From positions 10,669 through 74,668 of the forward strand of contig JAAZZB010000033.1 of assembly GCA_014239365.1 (NCBI GenBank): a DNA stretch of 64,000 bases. The letters run 5' to 3'. Positions 9,298 through 17,442 of the stretch are shown here, piece by piece (the first letter of the stretch is position 1; each line of letters starts with the position of its first letter). Both the position numbers and the translations under genes were made by a program. The notes below the pieces were generated by a model. The model searched no databases, had not been told where the DNA came from, and was given only the letters and a program-made list of their open reading frames with translations. The DNA is from Verrucomicrobiia bacterium (GTDB taxonomy: Bacteria > Verrucomicrobiota > Verrucomicrobiia > Limisphaerales > UBA1100).

Positions 9298-9408
9298 TCA
9301 CCACAGAGGGCACTGAGGTTGGATTGGTAGGGCGGTTTCTCCGAAACCGCCTTGGCGCGCTCGGAGAGCACGCCCTACCTCTCTGTGTTCTCTGTGCCTC
9401 TGTGGTAA
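9298..9408. repeat. Composite repeat: R1 (9326-9379) nested between the two arms of an R2 hairpin
   Basis: The left R2 arm is caccacagagggcac and the right arm is ctctgtgttctctgtgcctctgtggt. Between them lies ggtagggcggtttctccgaaaccgccttggcgcgctcggagagcacgccctacc, identical to the copy at 23764-23817. Confidence 0.8.
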
Positions 9409-9446
9409 AAAAATGGGGCGAGGCGCCTCGTCCCTTCCAACAAAAA

Positions 9447-9476
9447 AAGGCGCCCGAAGGCGCCTTGTGATTTTTT
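9447..9476. terminator. Bidirectional terminator-like hairpin between convergent genes
   Basis: An AAGGCGCC/GGCGCCTT stem (9447-9454 / 9459-9466) with a 4-nt loop, an A-tract upstream and a T6 tract at 9471-9476. Confidence 0.55.
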
Positions 9477-9491
9477 GTTGTCGAAAAGGTT

Positions 9492-9878
9492 TTAGTTCTT
9501 CTCGAGCTTTTTGCCGGCTTTGATCCAGCCGGAGATGCCGGCGGAAAGGTGCTTCACGTTTTTGAAGCCCAGCTCGGCTGCCACCGATGCGCCGCGCTTG
9601 TAGGCACTGCACTTGGGGCCGCCGCAGTAAGCTACCACGAGGGTGTCTTTGTCGGATTTTTCCAATTGCTTGGCCAAATCTTTCGCGCCGGTGAAGGACA
9701 CCGCGCCGGGGATGTGCCCGCGTTTGGTGAAGGACTTCGCGCCATTCACGTCGATCACAACAACCTTGCCGGCCTTGATGGCTTTTTCGAGGTCGCCGAT
9801 GCTAATGTCCGGGTATTCACCGGCCTGCACGTTAATCGCGAGAACCGCGACAGCAATGAGAGATAACAGTTTTTTCAT
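9492..9878 (-). CDS. Periplasmic single-domain rhodanese (sulfurtransferase)
   Basis: Signal peptide MKKLLSLIAVAVLAINVQA. It has rhodanese-fold sequence with the active-site loop YCGGPKCS. Confidence 0.85.
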   Translation of the reverse strand: MKKLLSLIAVAVLAINVQAGEYPDISIGDLEKAIKAGKVVVIDVNGAKSFTKRGHIPGAVSFTGAKDLAKQLEKSDKDTLVVAYCGGPKCSAYKRGASVAAELGFKNVKHLSAGISGWIKAGKKLEKN

Positions 9879-10047
9879 ATCTTATTTTTGGGTTTTCAGT
9901 TGTTTCCCGGACGCCAGAGGCAGCGGGATTGTCACGTTGGACTTGGGAGGGAGCCTAATCATTCACGCCAATTGCGCAACCTTTTTTACAGTTCACCAAT
10001 TGAGTTTGGCAGCTTGAGGTTGATTGCCACTCAGGATTGTGTAGGCT

Positions 10048-10284
10048 GTGTGTATGGAACCGACTGTGGAAAGTTTGGAGGAACAAGCGCTCGCCTTGCC
10101 GGTGAAAGATCGCCTGCGCCTGGCGAATACGATGTTGAAAAGTGCGGATGGGGAAGAGGAGATAACGGAGAAGGAATGGGAGGTGGAAATGAAACGCCGC
10201 ATCGATGCAATCAAGACGGGGGATCATTCGGGCGTGACATTCGAGGAGTTTGAGCAACGATTTGAAGAGTGCTATAAAAAATGA
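10048..10284 (+). CDS. Type II antitoxin ('putative addiction module component' type)
   Basis: A 78-aa acidic protein (LEEQALALPVKDRLRLANTML...EWEVEMKRRIDAIKTGD). It overlaps the downstream toxin gene by 4 nt (ATGA). The start may be the ATG at 10054. Confidence 0.7.
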   Translation: MCMEPTVESLEEQALALPVKDRLRLANTMLKSADGEEEITEKEWEVEMKRRIDAIKTGDHSGVTFEEFEQRFEECYKK

Positions 10285-10586
10285 AACTCATTGTCCGGCA
10301 CGAGGCTGATGAGGAGTTTCATCTGGCTTGCGCGTGGATGGAATCCGAGGTGTCCGGGTTGGGGGTGCGTTTTGGTGATGAGGTTCGGAAATACCTGCGG
10401 CAAGTTTCCGCTGACCCCGAGCGTGAACGGATTCGGCAAATGCAAGGCCAAGAATATCGGCGAGTCAATCTGAAGTCATTTCCCTATTTCATCGCCTACA
10501 TTATTGATCGAGAAACCGTGGTCGTGTTCACGATTTCACATAGCCACCGAAAACCAGAGCATTGGCTGGGCAGGCTGGAACCTTAA
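10281..10586 (+). CDS. ParE/RelE-superfamily toxin
   Basis: 101 aa with the C-terminal pattern FPYFIAYIIDRETVVVFTISHSHRKPEHW, typical of ParE-like plasmid-stabilisation toxins. Confidence 0.8.
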   Translation: MKLIVRHEADEEFHLACAWMESEVSGLGVRFGDEVRKYLRQVSADPERERIRQMQGQEYRRVNLKSFPYFIAYIIDRETVVVFTISHSHRKPEHWLGRLEP

Positions 10587-11548
10587 CTGAGGCCACAATT
10601 TTTCTTTGCGCGGTCGAGGACGGTGGTGGCTAGGGCGCGGGCTTTTTGGGCGCTTTCTTTGAGGACTTGGTTTACGTGGTCGAGGTTGTTTTCGAGTTCG
10701 GCGCGTTGGGTGCGGGCTTGGGCGAAATATTCCCAGTAGTGTTCGAAGAGGATTTTTTTGAGGTCGCCGTAGCCGAGGCCGCCTTCGCGTAATTTATTTT
10801 CTGTTTCGCTGGCGACGGTTTCCGGGGCGAAGAGTTTTAACAATTGGATGGCGATGTTTTTATCGGCGTCGGGTTTGGGTTCTTCGGGGGGGCGGCTGTC
10901 CATAACGAGGCGCATTATTTTTTTGCGCAATGGTTTTTCGTCGCCAAAAATTTCGATGGTGTTGTCGTAGCTTTTGCTCATCTTTTGGCCATCGGTGCCG
11001 GGGACGGCGGCGACTTCGGCGCGGATGCGGGGTTCGGGCAGCACAAAGGTTTCGCCGTATTGCATATTGAATTTCACGGCGATGTCGCGCGTGACTTCGA
11101 CGTGTTGTTTTTGGTCGCGCCCGACGGGGACGATGTTGCTGTCGTAAATTAAAATATCGGCGGCCATCAGCACGGGGTAGGCGAAGAGGCCGTGGTTGGG
11201 CTTGAGTCCTTTGGCGAGTTTATCTTTGTAGCTGTGGCAGTTTTCGAGCATCGGCATGGGGGTGAGGGTGGTGAGCAGCCACGTGAGCTCGGTGACTTCG
11301 GGTACGTCGCTTTGTTTGAAGAAGATGGCTTTTGCGGGGTCAAGGCCGCACGCGAGGAAATCGAGGGCAACGTCCATTGTGTTTTTGCGGCGTTGATCGG
11401 CGTCGAAGAGGGAGGTCATCGAGTGGTAATCGGCGATGAAGTAGTAGGCCTCGCCTTCGTTTTGCAATTCCATGGCCGGCTGCATCATGCCGAAATAGTT
11501 GCCGATGTGCAGTGCGCCGGAGGGTTGGATGCCCGATAAAATTCGCAT
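10583..11548 (-). CDS. trpS: Tryptophan--tRNA ligase
   Basis: MRILSGIQPSGALHIGNY carries the HIGH-type motif and KMSKS is present. The start is set at the ATG at 11546-11548. The 102-codon upstream extension of the track ORF has no TrpRS-like sequence. Confidence 0.92.
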   Translation of the reverse strand: MRILSGIQPSGALHIGNYFGMMQPAMELQNEGEAYYFIADYHSMTSLFDADQRRKNTMDVALDFLACGLDPAKAIFFKQSDVPEVTELTWLLTTLTPMPMLENCHSYKDKLAKGLKPNHGLFAYPVLMAADILIYDSNIVPVGRDQKQHVEVTRDIAVKFNMQYGETFVLPEPRIRAEVAAVPGTDGQKMSKSYDNTIEIFGDEKPLRKKIMRLVMDSRPPEEPKPDADKNIAIQLLKLFAPETVASETENKLREGGLGYGDLKKILFEHYWEYFAQARTQRAELENNLDHVNQVLKESAQKARALATTVLDRAKKNCGLS

Positions 11549-11723
11549 AGCGCGGAAGGTAACAGGGCGGGGCGGGGGGTTCAAGCGGTTCGAGTGAGTG
11601 GGATGGGTTGGGAACAAATCGGGCTTTTCATTTTGGGGCGGCGTGCTACAAACCGCGCGTCCGCCAAGGGCGGACACAACCCACGGGGTGCAAACCATTT
11701 TCCTCATTGCCGACGCGGCATCA

Positions 11724-12089
11724 GTGCCGACGCCGTATGCCCAGTATTTGTTGCTGGGCGTAATGGCGGTGATGGCGGTGGGCTTCGCGTGCGGGCCGCT
11801 GATCCTTTCGGCCATTCTTGCGCCGCGCAAACCGAACGATATCAAGCAATCCACTTTCGAGTGCGGGCTGGAATCGAAGGGCGATCCGTGGGTGCAGTTT
11901 AACGTGCAATACTATTTGTACGCGCTGGCGTTTGTGATTTTTGATATTGAGGCGGTGTTCATTTATCCGTGGGCGGTGGCGTTTACGGATCTGTCGTTCG
12001 GGGCATTTCTGGCGATGGGCATTTTCATTTTGCTGCTGGCGGAGAGTTTGATTTATTTGTGGATTAAAGGTGTGCTGACGTGGAAATAA
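11724..12089 (+). CDS. nuoA: NADH-quinone oxidoreductase subunit A
   Basis: [40 protein letters not shown] is the NuoA/ND3 signature. The start is uncertain; the GTG at 11724 gives about 121 aa. Confidence 0.85.
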   Translation: MPTPYAQYLLLGVMAVMAVGFACGPLILSAILAPRKPNDIKQSTFECGLESKGDPWVQFNVQYYLYALAFVIFDIEAVFIYPWAVAFTDLSFGAFLAMGIFILLLAESLIYLWIKGVLTWK

Positions 12090-12093
12090 AACG

Positions 12094-12759
12094 ATGACGA
12101 CCGAAAATATCAATGCCGGGATGGACCTCGACGACACCACGCGCTCGGAGCTGGAGCGGGCGGGGGTGATCGTGTCGAAGGTGGATTTCCTCTACAACTG
12201 GGCGCGCGGCGGGTCGGTGTGGCCGCTGACGTTTGGGCTGGCGTGCTGCGCGATCGAGATGATTGCCTCGGCCACATCGCGTTTTGACATCTCGCGGTTT
12301 GGTTCGGAGGTGTTTCGTCCCACGCCGCGTCAGGCGGATTTGATGATTGTCTCCGGCACGGTCACCAAAAAAATGGCGCCGCAAGTCGTGCGGATTTATA
12401 ATCAAATGCCCGAGCCGAAATGGGTGATCGCGATGGGCGCGTGCGCGATTTCCGGCGGGCCATTCAAGCAGGGCTACAACGTGCTGAAAGGCATCGATCG
12501 TTATATTCCGGTGGACGTTTATTTGCCGGGTTGCCCGCCACGGCCGGAGGCGGTTTTGCAGTCGCTCAATTATTTGCAGGAAAAAATTCGCAAGACAAAA
12601 ATCGAGGATGACCCCGCCTTCACCGAGGGTCGCCGTCAATATCCTGTGCCGCGTTTTACAGGCACGGATTTGGAGCCGCCGTTTAATCCGGAAGTATGGT
12701 CGCCGCCGGAAAATCCAAATGCACCGGATGCACCGGAGGAGAAAGAAGCCACCGCATGA
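12094..12759 (+). CDS. nuoB: NADH-quinone oxidoreductase subunit B
   Basis: [14 protein letters not shown] and [10 protein letters not shown]...LPGCPPRPE supply the cluster N2 cysteine ligands. Confidence 0.95.
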   Translation: MTTENINAGMDLDDTTRSELERAGVIVSKVDFLYNWARGGSVWPLTFGLACCAIEMIASATSRFDISRFGSEVFRPTPRQADLMIVSGTVTKKMAPQVVRIYNQMPEPKWVIAMGACAISGGPFKQGYNVLKGIDRYIPVDVYLPGCPPRPEAVLQSLNYLQEKIRKTKIEDDPAFTEGRRQYPVPRFTGTDLEPPFNPEVWSPPENPNAPDAPEEKEATA

Positions 12760-13319
12760 GCGAACTTTCGCATGAATCATTGCTGAAAGAATTTCCCGAG
12801 GCGCAATGGGATGAAGCTGCGGGCGCGGTGATTTTGCCTGCCACAAATGCGCGCACCATCGCCGAGTGGTTGCTCGCCAGTGGCTGGGATTATTGCAGCA
12901 ACGTCACCGGCGTGGATTATCTTGAGCGCGAGGTGAAAGAAAAAATCACCAACGACGCCGGCGAAACTGAAACCGTGACACGCACCGAGCCCGGCCGCAT
13001 TGATGTGGTTTATCATCTTTATTCCATCGCAAACAAAACCGGTCCGTTGGTCATCAAGCAACGCACCGGCCGCGAAGGTGCGACGGCGGAATCGCTCACG
13101 CCGGTTTGGCGCAGTTGCGATTTGCAGGAGCGCGAGGTGTACGATTTGTTCGGCGTGAATTTCAAAGGTCATCCGGATCAACGCCGCATTTTGATGTGGG
13201 ACGAATTTGAAGGCCACCCGATGCGGCGCGATTACACCGAGCCTTTCGATTACGAATGGGAGCCGACGCCGCACGCCGAAATTTTGGAGAAACACCAACG
13301 GGGGAAGGTCATCATTTGA
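12756..13319 (+). CDS. nuoC: NADH-quinone oxidoreductase subunit C
   Basis: The ATG at 12756 overlaps the nuoB stop (ATGA). ERE(V/A)YDLFGV and [22 protein letters not shown] are NuoC/30-kDa-subunit motifs. Confidence 0.9.
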   Translation: MSELSHESLLKEFPEAQWDEAAGAVILPATNARTIAEWLLASGWDYCSNVTGVDYLEREVKEKITNDAGETETVTRTEPGRIDVVYHLYSIANKTGPLVIKQRTGREGATAESLTPVWRSCDLQEREVYDLFGVNFKGHPDQRRILMWDEFEGHPMRRDYTEPFDYEWEPTPHAEILEKHQRGKVII

Positions 13320-14467
13320 GCACCACCGCCGCGCCCAATTACGAGTTGTTGCAGCAGGAAGGTTTGGAAACCAGTCTGCTGGAAATCTCGATGGGGCCGC
13401 ATCATCCGAGCACGCACGGGGTGTTTCGGATGGACGTGAAGCTCGACGGCGAAACGGTGGTGGAACTGAAGCCGGTGTTCGGCTACCTCCATCGCAATCA
13501 CGAAAAGCTCGCGGAAAATATGAGCTACCTTTCGAGCATGCCCTTCACCGATCGGCTCGATTATTTTAATAGCATGACCAACAACTGGGCGTACGCGTTG
13601 GCGGCGGAACAGTTGGTGGAAGTCGAAGTGCCCGAACGCGCGGAATATCTGCGCGTGATTATGGCCGAGCTCACGCGCTTGGTGAATCACGTGACGCTCG
13701 TTGGTTTTTTTGTGAACGACCTCGGCGCACTGGGTACGCCGTTGATGTACGCCTTCCGCGAGCGCGAAAAAATTCTCGATCTCTTCGAGCAAGCCAGCGG
13801 CGCGCGAATGATGTGCAACTACTTCCGCTTTGGCGGTCTCCGCAATGATGTGCCCGAAGGTTGGCTCGATCGCACGCGGGAATTGGTCGATCGCTTCCCC
13901 GCTTTTCTTGATGAGTACGAACAGCTCCTTAGCGAAAACGAAATCATCCTCAGTCGCACGCAGGGCGTGGGGAATTTGTCGCGCGAACTCGCCATCAACG
14001 CCGGCATCACCGGCCCCATGCTCCGCGCCAGCGGCGTGAATTATGACCTCCGCAAAGTGGATGCCTACGGCATTTACGATCGCTTCAAATTTCGCGTGCC
14101 CTACACCGACGGCGACACCGGCGATTGCTACGATCGTTTTATGATTCGAATGCTCGAGATGCGCGAGAGCGTCGCGATTTTGAAACAAGCCCTCGCCGAC
14201 ATTCCCGAAGGCGACATCATCGGCAAAGTCTCCAAAGTGTTTAAGCCCAAACCCGGCGAAACCTATGGCCGCATCGAAGGGCCCAAAGGCGAGCTCGGCT
14301 TTTACCTAATCGCCGACGGTACCCCAAAACCTTACCGCTACCGCGTGCGGCCGCCGTCGCTCATCAATCTCACGGTGCTGCGTGAGATGTGTCTCGGCGG
14401 CAAAATTGCTGACGCCGTCGTCATTCTCGGCAGCATCGACATCGTGCTCGGGGAGGTGGATCGATGA
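13316..14467 (+). CDS. nuoD: NADH-quinone oxidoreductase subunit D
   Basis: [24 protein letters not shown] and the C-terminal VLGEVDR are NuoD/49-kDa signatures. The probable TTG start at 13316 overlaps the nuoC stop, but it is uncertain. Confidence 0.92.
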   Translation: MSTTAAPNYELLQQEGLETSLLEISMGPHHPSTHGVFRMDVKLDGETVVELKPVFGYLHRNHEKLAENMSYLSSMPFTDRLDYFNSMTNNWAYALAAEQLVEVEVPERAEYLRVIMAELTRLVNHVTLVGFFVNDLGALGTPLMYAFREREKILDLFEQASGARMMCNYFRFGGLRNDVPEGWLDRTRELVDRFPAFLDEYEQLLSENEIILSRTQGVGNLSRELAINAGITGPMLRASGVNYDLRKVDAYGIYDRFKFRVPYTDGDTGDCYDRFMIRMLEMRESVAILKQALADIPEGDIIGKVSKVFKPKPGETYGRIEGPKGELGFYLIADGTPKPYRYRVRPPSLINLTVLREMCLGGKIADAVVILGSIDIVLGEVDR

Positions 14468-15159
14468 GCATTCTCGGCGGAGGAATTTTCAAAGGAATGG
14501 CGGTAACGCTGCGAAATTTTGTGGGCTCTTATTTTTATAAGGAACGCCTCATCACCAATGATTACGATTGGCGTCCCGAGGATAAATTACCTCAAAGCAT
14601 CGGCGAATATCCAAAGGAAGAAGGCGAGCAACTGCGCGACACCACCACCGTCAATCATTACAGCCGCAACTTCCCGATGCTGCTGCACGATGGCGGCGAG
14701 CCGATGGATACCGTGCGCTGCGTGGCTTGCCAAATCTGCGAGCGCGAGTGTCCGCCGCAATGCATTTACATCGAGAAGAGCGAAGACAAAACGGAGCGGT
14801 CCGACAACAAGGCGCAGTTTTATCCCGCCAAGTTTGACATCGATGTTTCCGTTTGTATGAGCTGCCAGATTTGCGTGGAGGTTTGCCCGTTCGACGCCAT
14901 CGTGATGAACAGCCAGTTTGAGCTAAGCACGCCCGATCGCTTTGGCGGGTTGCTTGTGCGCCGCGATGACTTGCTGAAGAGCAACGATTACTATCACAAA
15001 ATTCACCCGCAAGAAGCCGCCACGCGCGACCAAAAAATGGTCGCCGACAAAGCCGCCAAAGAAGCCAAGAAAAAAGCCGCCGCCGAAAAAGCTAAAGCGG
15101 CTGCGGAAGTCAAGGCGAAGGCCGCCGCCGAAGCAAAAGCCAAGGAGGAAGGCGAATGA
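14464..15159 (+). CDS. nuoI: NADH-quinone oxidoreductase subunit I, with an internal insertion and a Lys/Ala-rich C-terminal tail
   Basis: Two 4Fe-4S motifs, [12 protein letters not shown] and [12 protein letters not shown]. The tail is [36 protein letters not shown]. It sits upstream of nuoH, which is not the canonical order. Confidence 0.9.
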   Translation: MSILGGGIFKGMAVTLRNFVGSYFYKERLITNDYDWRPEDKLPQSIGEYPKEEGEQLRDTTTVNHYSRNFPMLLHDGGEPMDTVRCVACQICERECPPQCIYIEKSEDKTERSDNKAQFYPAKFDIDVSVCMSCQICVEVCPFDAIVMNSQFELSTPDRFGGLLVRRDDLLKSNDYYHKIHPQEAATRDQKMVADKAAKEAKKKAAAEKAKAAAEVKAKAAAEAKAKEEGE

Positions 15160-16505
15160 GTTTCCAGCTCATCATCGACATCCTCATTGCCACCGTGCCG
15201 TTGCTGGTGATTTTCCCGTCGCTCTTTGCCTTCACCACGTGGATGGAACGCAAAGCCCTCGCGCGCATTCAAAACCGCATCGGCCCCAACAAAATCGGCG
15301 TGCCCTGCACACGCGTCTCCCTCTTTGGCCTCGGCCAACCCGCAGCCGACGGCATCAAAATGATTTTCAAGGAAGACATCGTGCCGCGCGGTGCAGACAA
15401 ATTATTTCATTTGCTCGCACCCATCCTCGCGCTTATTCCCGCGATGCTCATTCTTTGTTTTCTGCCGCTCGAATTTCCGTGGGGGAAATTTATGTCCGGC
15501 AAAGTGCAGGCGTTTATGCTCGATAGCGCGGTCATCTTTTTCTTCGCCATCACCGGCCTCAACACGCTCGCCATCTTCATGGCCGGCTGGGCGTCGCGCA
15601 ATAAGTACTCGCTCCTCGGCGGGATGCGTGCCGTGGCGCAAATGGTCAGCTACGAAATCCCGCTCGTATTGTCCGCCGTCATCGTGGTGATGATGGTCGG
15701 CAGCCTCAACGCCAAGGAAATCGCTGACGCACAATCGGGTTTCAATTGGTTTGTGTTCAGCCCGTGGGGGCTCGCCGCGTTCATTGTTTTCTTCATCGCC
15801 GCGCTGGCCGAAACCAATCGCTCGCCCTTCGATCTGCCCGAAGCCGAAAGCGAAATCATCGCCGGCTATTTCACCGAATACAGCGGCTTCAAATTCGCGC
15901 TCTTTTTCCTTGGCGAATACATTGCGATGTTTGCCATCAGCGGCTTGGCGGTCACACTTTTCCTCGGTGCCGGCGATGGCCCGTTTGTGGATGCCGCTCC
16001 GTGGATGCCGGCGATGTGGTTTATTGCAAAAATCTTTGGGCTCATCGCCGTGATGATTTGGCTACGCGGCACGTTGCCGCGCCTTCGCGTAGATCAACTG
16101 ATGGCCTTCGCCTGGAAATTTCTGCTGCCGCTTTCTATTTTCAATATCCTCCTCGCCGGGCTGTCGTACTTCGCGCTGGATGCCCGCGTGGCAAACACTA
16201 CCGATGATGTCATCCACTACGTTAATTCGGGGAATCCCTTCGCCGGCGTGCCCGAGCTTGGCACTAATGAAGCGTTGATGGGCGCGATGATTTATCGGGG
16301 AATGGCGGGAGAACAAAATCCGATGGCGGCAAAAAAATGGTTTCTCAAAGCTGCGCTCAAAGGCCATCCAGCTTCGCGAACGCTCGTCGCGTGGTGGCTC
16401 GGCATTTGGGTGCTGAGCCTCGTGGCACTTTATGTGATGGCGAAGGGACTAAATAACCTCAGTCGCTCGACCACCAAACCGCGCGAATATTTATACGCTG
16501 AATGA
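15156..16505 (+). CDS. nuoH: NADH-quinone oxidoreductase subunit H with a C-terminal extension of about 108 aa (Sel1-like repeat plus an extra TM helix)
   Basis: It carries the NuoH/ND1 motifs ERKALARIQNRIGPN, GWASRNKYSLLGGMRAVAQMVSYEI, AETNRSPFDLPEAESE and RVDQLM. The canonical part ends near residue 341. Residues 342-449 contain LMGAMIYRGMAGEQNPMAAKKWFLKAALKGHPAS and the hydrophobic LVAWWLGIWVLSLVALYVMA. Confidence 0.92.
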   Translation: MSFQLIIDILIATVPLLVIFPSLFAFTTWMERKALARIQNRIGPNKIGVPCTRVSLFGLGQPAADGIKMIFKEDIVPRGADKLFHLLAPILALIPAMLILCFLPLEFPWGKFMSGKVQAFMLDSAVIFFFAITGLNTLAIFMAGWASRNKYSLLGGMRAVAQMVSYEIPLVLSAVIVVMMVGSLNAKEIADAQSGFNWFVFSPWGLAAFIVFFIAALAETNRSPFDLPEAESEIIAGYFTEYSGFKFALFFLGEYIAMFAISGLAVTLFLGAGDGPFVDAAPWMPAMWFIAKIFGLIAVMIWLRGTLPRLRVDQLMAFAWKFLLPLSIFNILLAGLSYFALDARVANTTDDVIHYVNSGNPFAGVPELGTNEALMGAMIYRGMAGEQNPMAAKKWFLKAALKGHPASRTLVAWWLGIWVLSLVALYVMAKGLNNLSRSTTKPREYLYAE

Positions 16506-17023
16506 CGCAGGAAATTACATTTTGGGTGTTGGCGGTCATCGCAGTGCTCGGTGCGTTGGTGGCGGTGCGGCGGCGTAATCTCATTCACGGCGTGTTCGCG
16601 CTGATGATTTTCTTCGCGGCATTGGCGGGGCTCTTCCTGCTGTTGATGGCGGAGTTCATCGCCGCGGTGCAAATTCTCGTTTACATCGGCGCGGTGGGCA
16701 TTTTGTTGTTGTTTGCCATTATGCTCACCGAACGCGTCACGGGCGACGACGCGCGCGACATCACTTCACGCGGCAGCTTCTGGGGTTGGGCAGCCGCGCT
16801 GGCGGTGTTGGTGTTCCTTTTATTGCCCGCCATTCAAGGCGCGGATTTATCGCAAACCGCCCAACCCATTAACCCATCGGTCAAAGCGCTCGGCCACCAA
16901 ATGATGGATCCGTATGTTGTCACACTTGAAGTGTTGGCGCTATTGCTCACCGCCGCGCTGATCGGAGCGGTCGCCGCTTCGCAAGGCGGCGAAAAAAAGA
17001 AGGAGGATACTGATGACGCTTGA
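16502..17023 (+). CDS. nuoJ: NADH-quinone oxidoreductase subunit J
   Basis: ATGA overlap with nuoH. The sequence LIHGVFALMIFFAALAGLFLLLMAEFIAAVQILVYIGAVGILLLFAIML is NuoJ/ND6-like. Confidence 0.9.
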   Translation: MTQEITFWVLAVIAVLGALVAVRRRNLIHGVFALMIFFAALAGLFLLLMAEFIAAVQILVYIGAVGILLLFAIMLTERVTGDDARDITSRGSFWGWAAALAVLVFLLLPAIQGADLSQTAQPINPSVKALGHQMMDPYVVTLEVLALLLTAALIGAVAASQGGEKKKEDTDDA

Positions 17024-17324
17024 GCATTGTCTCATCCTCGGCGCGGTGTTGTTTTGCATCGGCTTGCTCGGCGCACTCACGCGACGCAACGCGGTGGTGG
17101 TGCTCTTCTCAATCGAAATTATGCTCAACGCCGCCAACCTGAATTTCATCGCCTTCTGGCGATTCAGCCCCAATCCCGCTGAACTGCACGGCCCGCTGTT
17201 TACTCTTTTTACCATCGCCGTTGCCGCCGCCGAAGTCGCCGTGGGCCTCGCGTTGGTGATCGCCGTTTACCGCCATTTCAAAACCGTGGACCTCGAACAA
17301 CTCGATACCCTAAAAGAAGAGTGA
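17013..17324 (+). CDS. nuoK: NADH-quinone oxidoreductase subunit K
   Basis: 103 aa. LLGALTRRNAVVVLFSIEIMLNAANLNFIAF and AAAEVAVGLALV are NuoK/ND4L motifs. Confidence 0.92.
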   Translation: MTLEHCLILGAVLFCIGLLGALTRRNAVVVLFSIEIMLNAANLNFIAFWRFSPNPAELHGPLFTLFTIAVAAAEVAVGLALVIAVYRHFKTVDLEQLDTLKEE

Positions 17325-17372
17325 CCGGCAATTTGACAATATTTTTTGAAACGAACGGAGTGGCGCACCCAA

Positions 17373-17436
17373 GTGCTGCCGGCATCTTGCCGGCAGAAGT
17401 TGCGCTTCCGACCTGCCGGCAAGATGCCGGCAGCAC
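17373..17436. repeat. R4: palindromic repeat GTGCTGCCGGCATCTTGCCGGCAG...CTGCCGGCAAGATGCCGGCAGCAC, inside the nuo operon between nuoK and nuoL
   Basis: The two 24-nt arms are reverse complements. A second copy at 51705-51767 overlaps the lipA 3' end. Confidence 0.8.
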
Positions 17437-17442
17437 AATTAA

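Noticed and set aside
9298-9612. ORFs whose products contain VGRALRARQGGFGETALP or LSERAKAVSEKPPY (also 9114..9371, 23571..23909, 23606..23809, 41476..41787)
   Set aside because: The shared peptide strings are translations of the R1 repeat, not evidence of a protein family.
11549-11854. N-terminal 102-codon extension of the trpS ORF
   Set aside because: The extension has no TrpRS similarity and overlaps the nuoA upstream region. The canonical MRILSGIQPSG start is at 11548.
12064-14188. Minus-strand ORFs 12064..12846 and 13250..14188
   Set aside because: They are antisense to nuoB, nuoC and nuoD, all of which have diagnostic motifs on the plus strand.
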